Of a stretch of 64,000 nt of DNA, positions 63,500 to 64,000 are shown piece by piece. The stretch is from NCBI RefSeq assembly GCF_006345805.1, contig NC_043010.1, positions 56,296,001 through 56,360,000 on the forward strand. Reading direction: 5' to 3'. The position numbers were made by a program, and so were the translations under genes. The DNA comes from Octopus sinensis (lineage: Eukaryota). Under the pieces are notes generated by a model. The model had not been told where the DNA came from, did no database searches, and worked only from the letters and a program-made list of their open reading frames with translations. Within the stretch, counting starts at the first letter, position 1, and each line of letters opens with the position of its first letter.

Positions 63500-64000
63500 T
63501 GCATTAGGGCATTGACATTTAAAATTTTTTCTGAAACTGAACATGGCCAGGTTGACTTGGTATGAGAAATGATGAGAAAGCAGTGACCAGCAGTTCATTT
63601 AGTTTTTTAACTTTCAAAAACCTACCCCACCAACTAATATTGCTATCTTCAAATGCGTCACCCTTGCATTTCCTTAGTCAAACTCCCATTACGTTCGGCA
63701 TTAGTGCTTCACGCGATTTTATTATGACTGAAGTTACTTCCTGGCCAAATACCAATAACGATATATAGACAATAGTAACAGTTGTTTCACATCTTGAGTA
63801 GTATTATTTGTTGTTGAGATAATCCATGAATGCATTATTCTTTCTATTACAGATATTAAAATATGTCGATTTAATTAGTGAATCATGTTATTTAAGCAGT
63901 CAAGTTGAGCAGTTGCAGCAAACAAGAAAAAGTGGCCAAAAAATATGACTAACTTTGGAAAGTCTGTTAAAAAGCGAAGAATAATACCGAATGTGGAACA

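Overview
Repeat-dominated eukaryotic (animal) genomic DNA. The SINE families and extreme microsatellite load suggest a cephalopod such as Octopus; this is inferred from recalled repeat families, not from a search. I found no host protein-coding exon that I can support. Nearly all ORFs in the track are microsatellite translations or decayed transposon ORFs. The window holds three CR1/L2-type LINE remnants, an RTE fragment, a tandem array of R4/Dong-type restriction-like-endonuclease LINEs sitting in (TAA)n tracts (34.8-42.8 kb, plus 16.1-17.5 kb), Tc1/mariner elements with three catalytic spacings (DD34E, DD36E, DD37D), several MITEs, a head-to-tail Helitron-type dimer, and many tRNA-derived SINEs. 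The main signal not explained by the ORF track is a dispersed set of type-I hammerhead-ribozyme motifs (stem I - CUGANGA - stem II - GAAAC - short, often palindromic stem III - GUH - stem I'). Some lie beside decayed Penelope-like GIY-YIG/RT fragments, and others form short ORF-less palindromic units that carry a ribozyme on each strand. Also notable: a TIR element enclosing a tRNA-like Pol III A/B-box cassette, and an apparent excess of CACGTGAC E-boxes in the unique islands.
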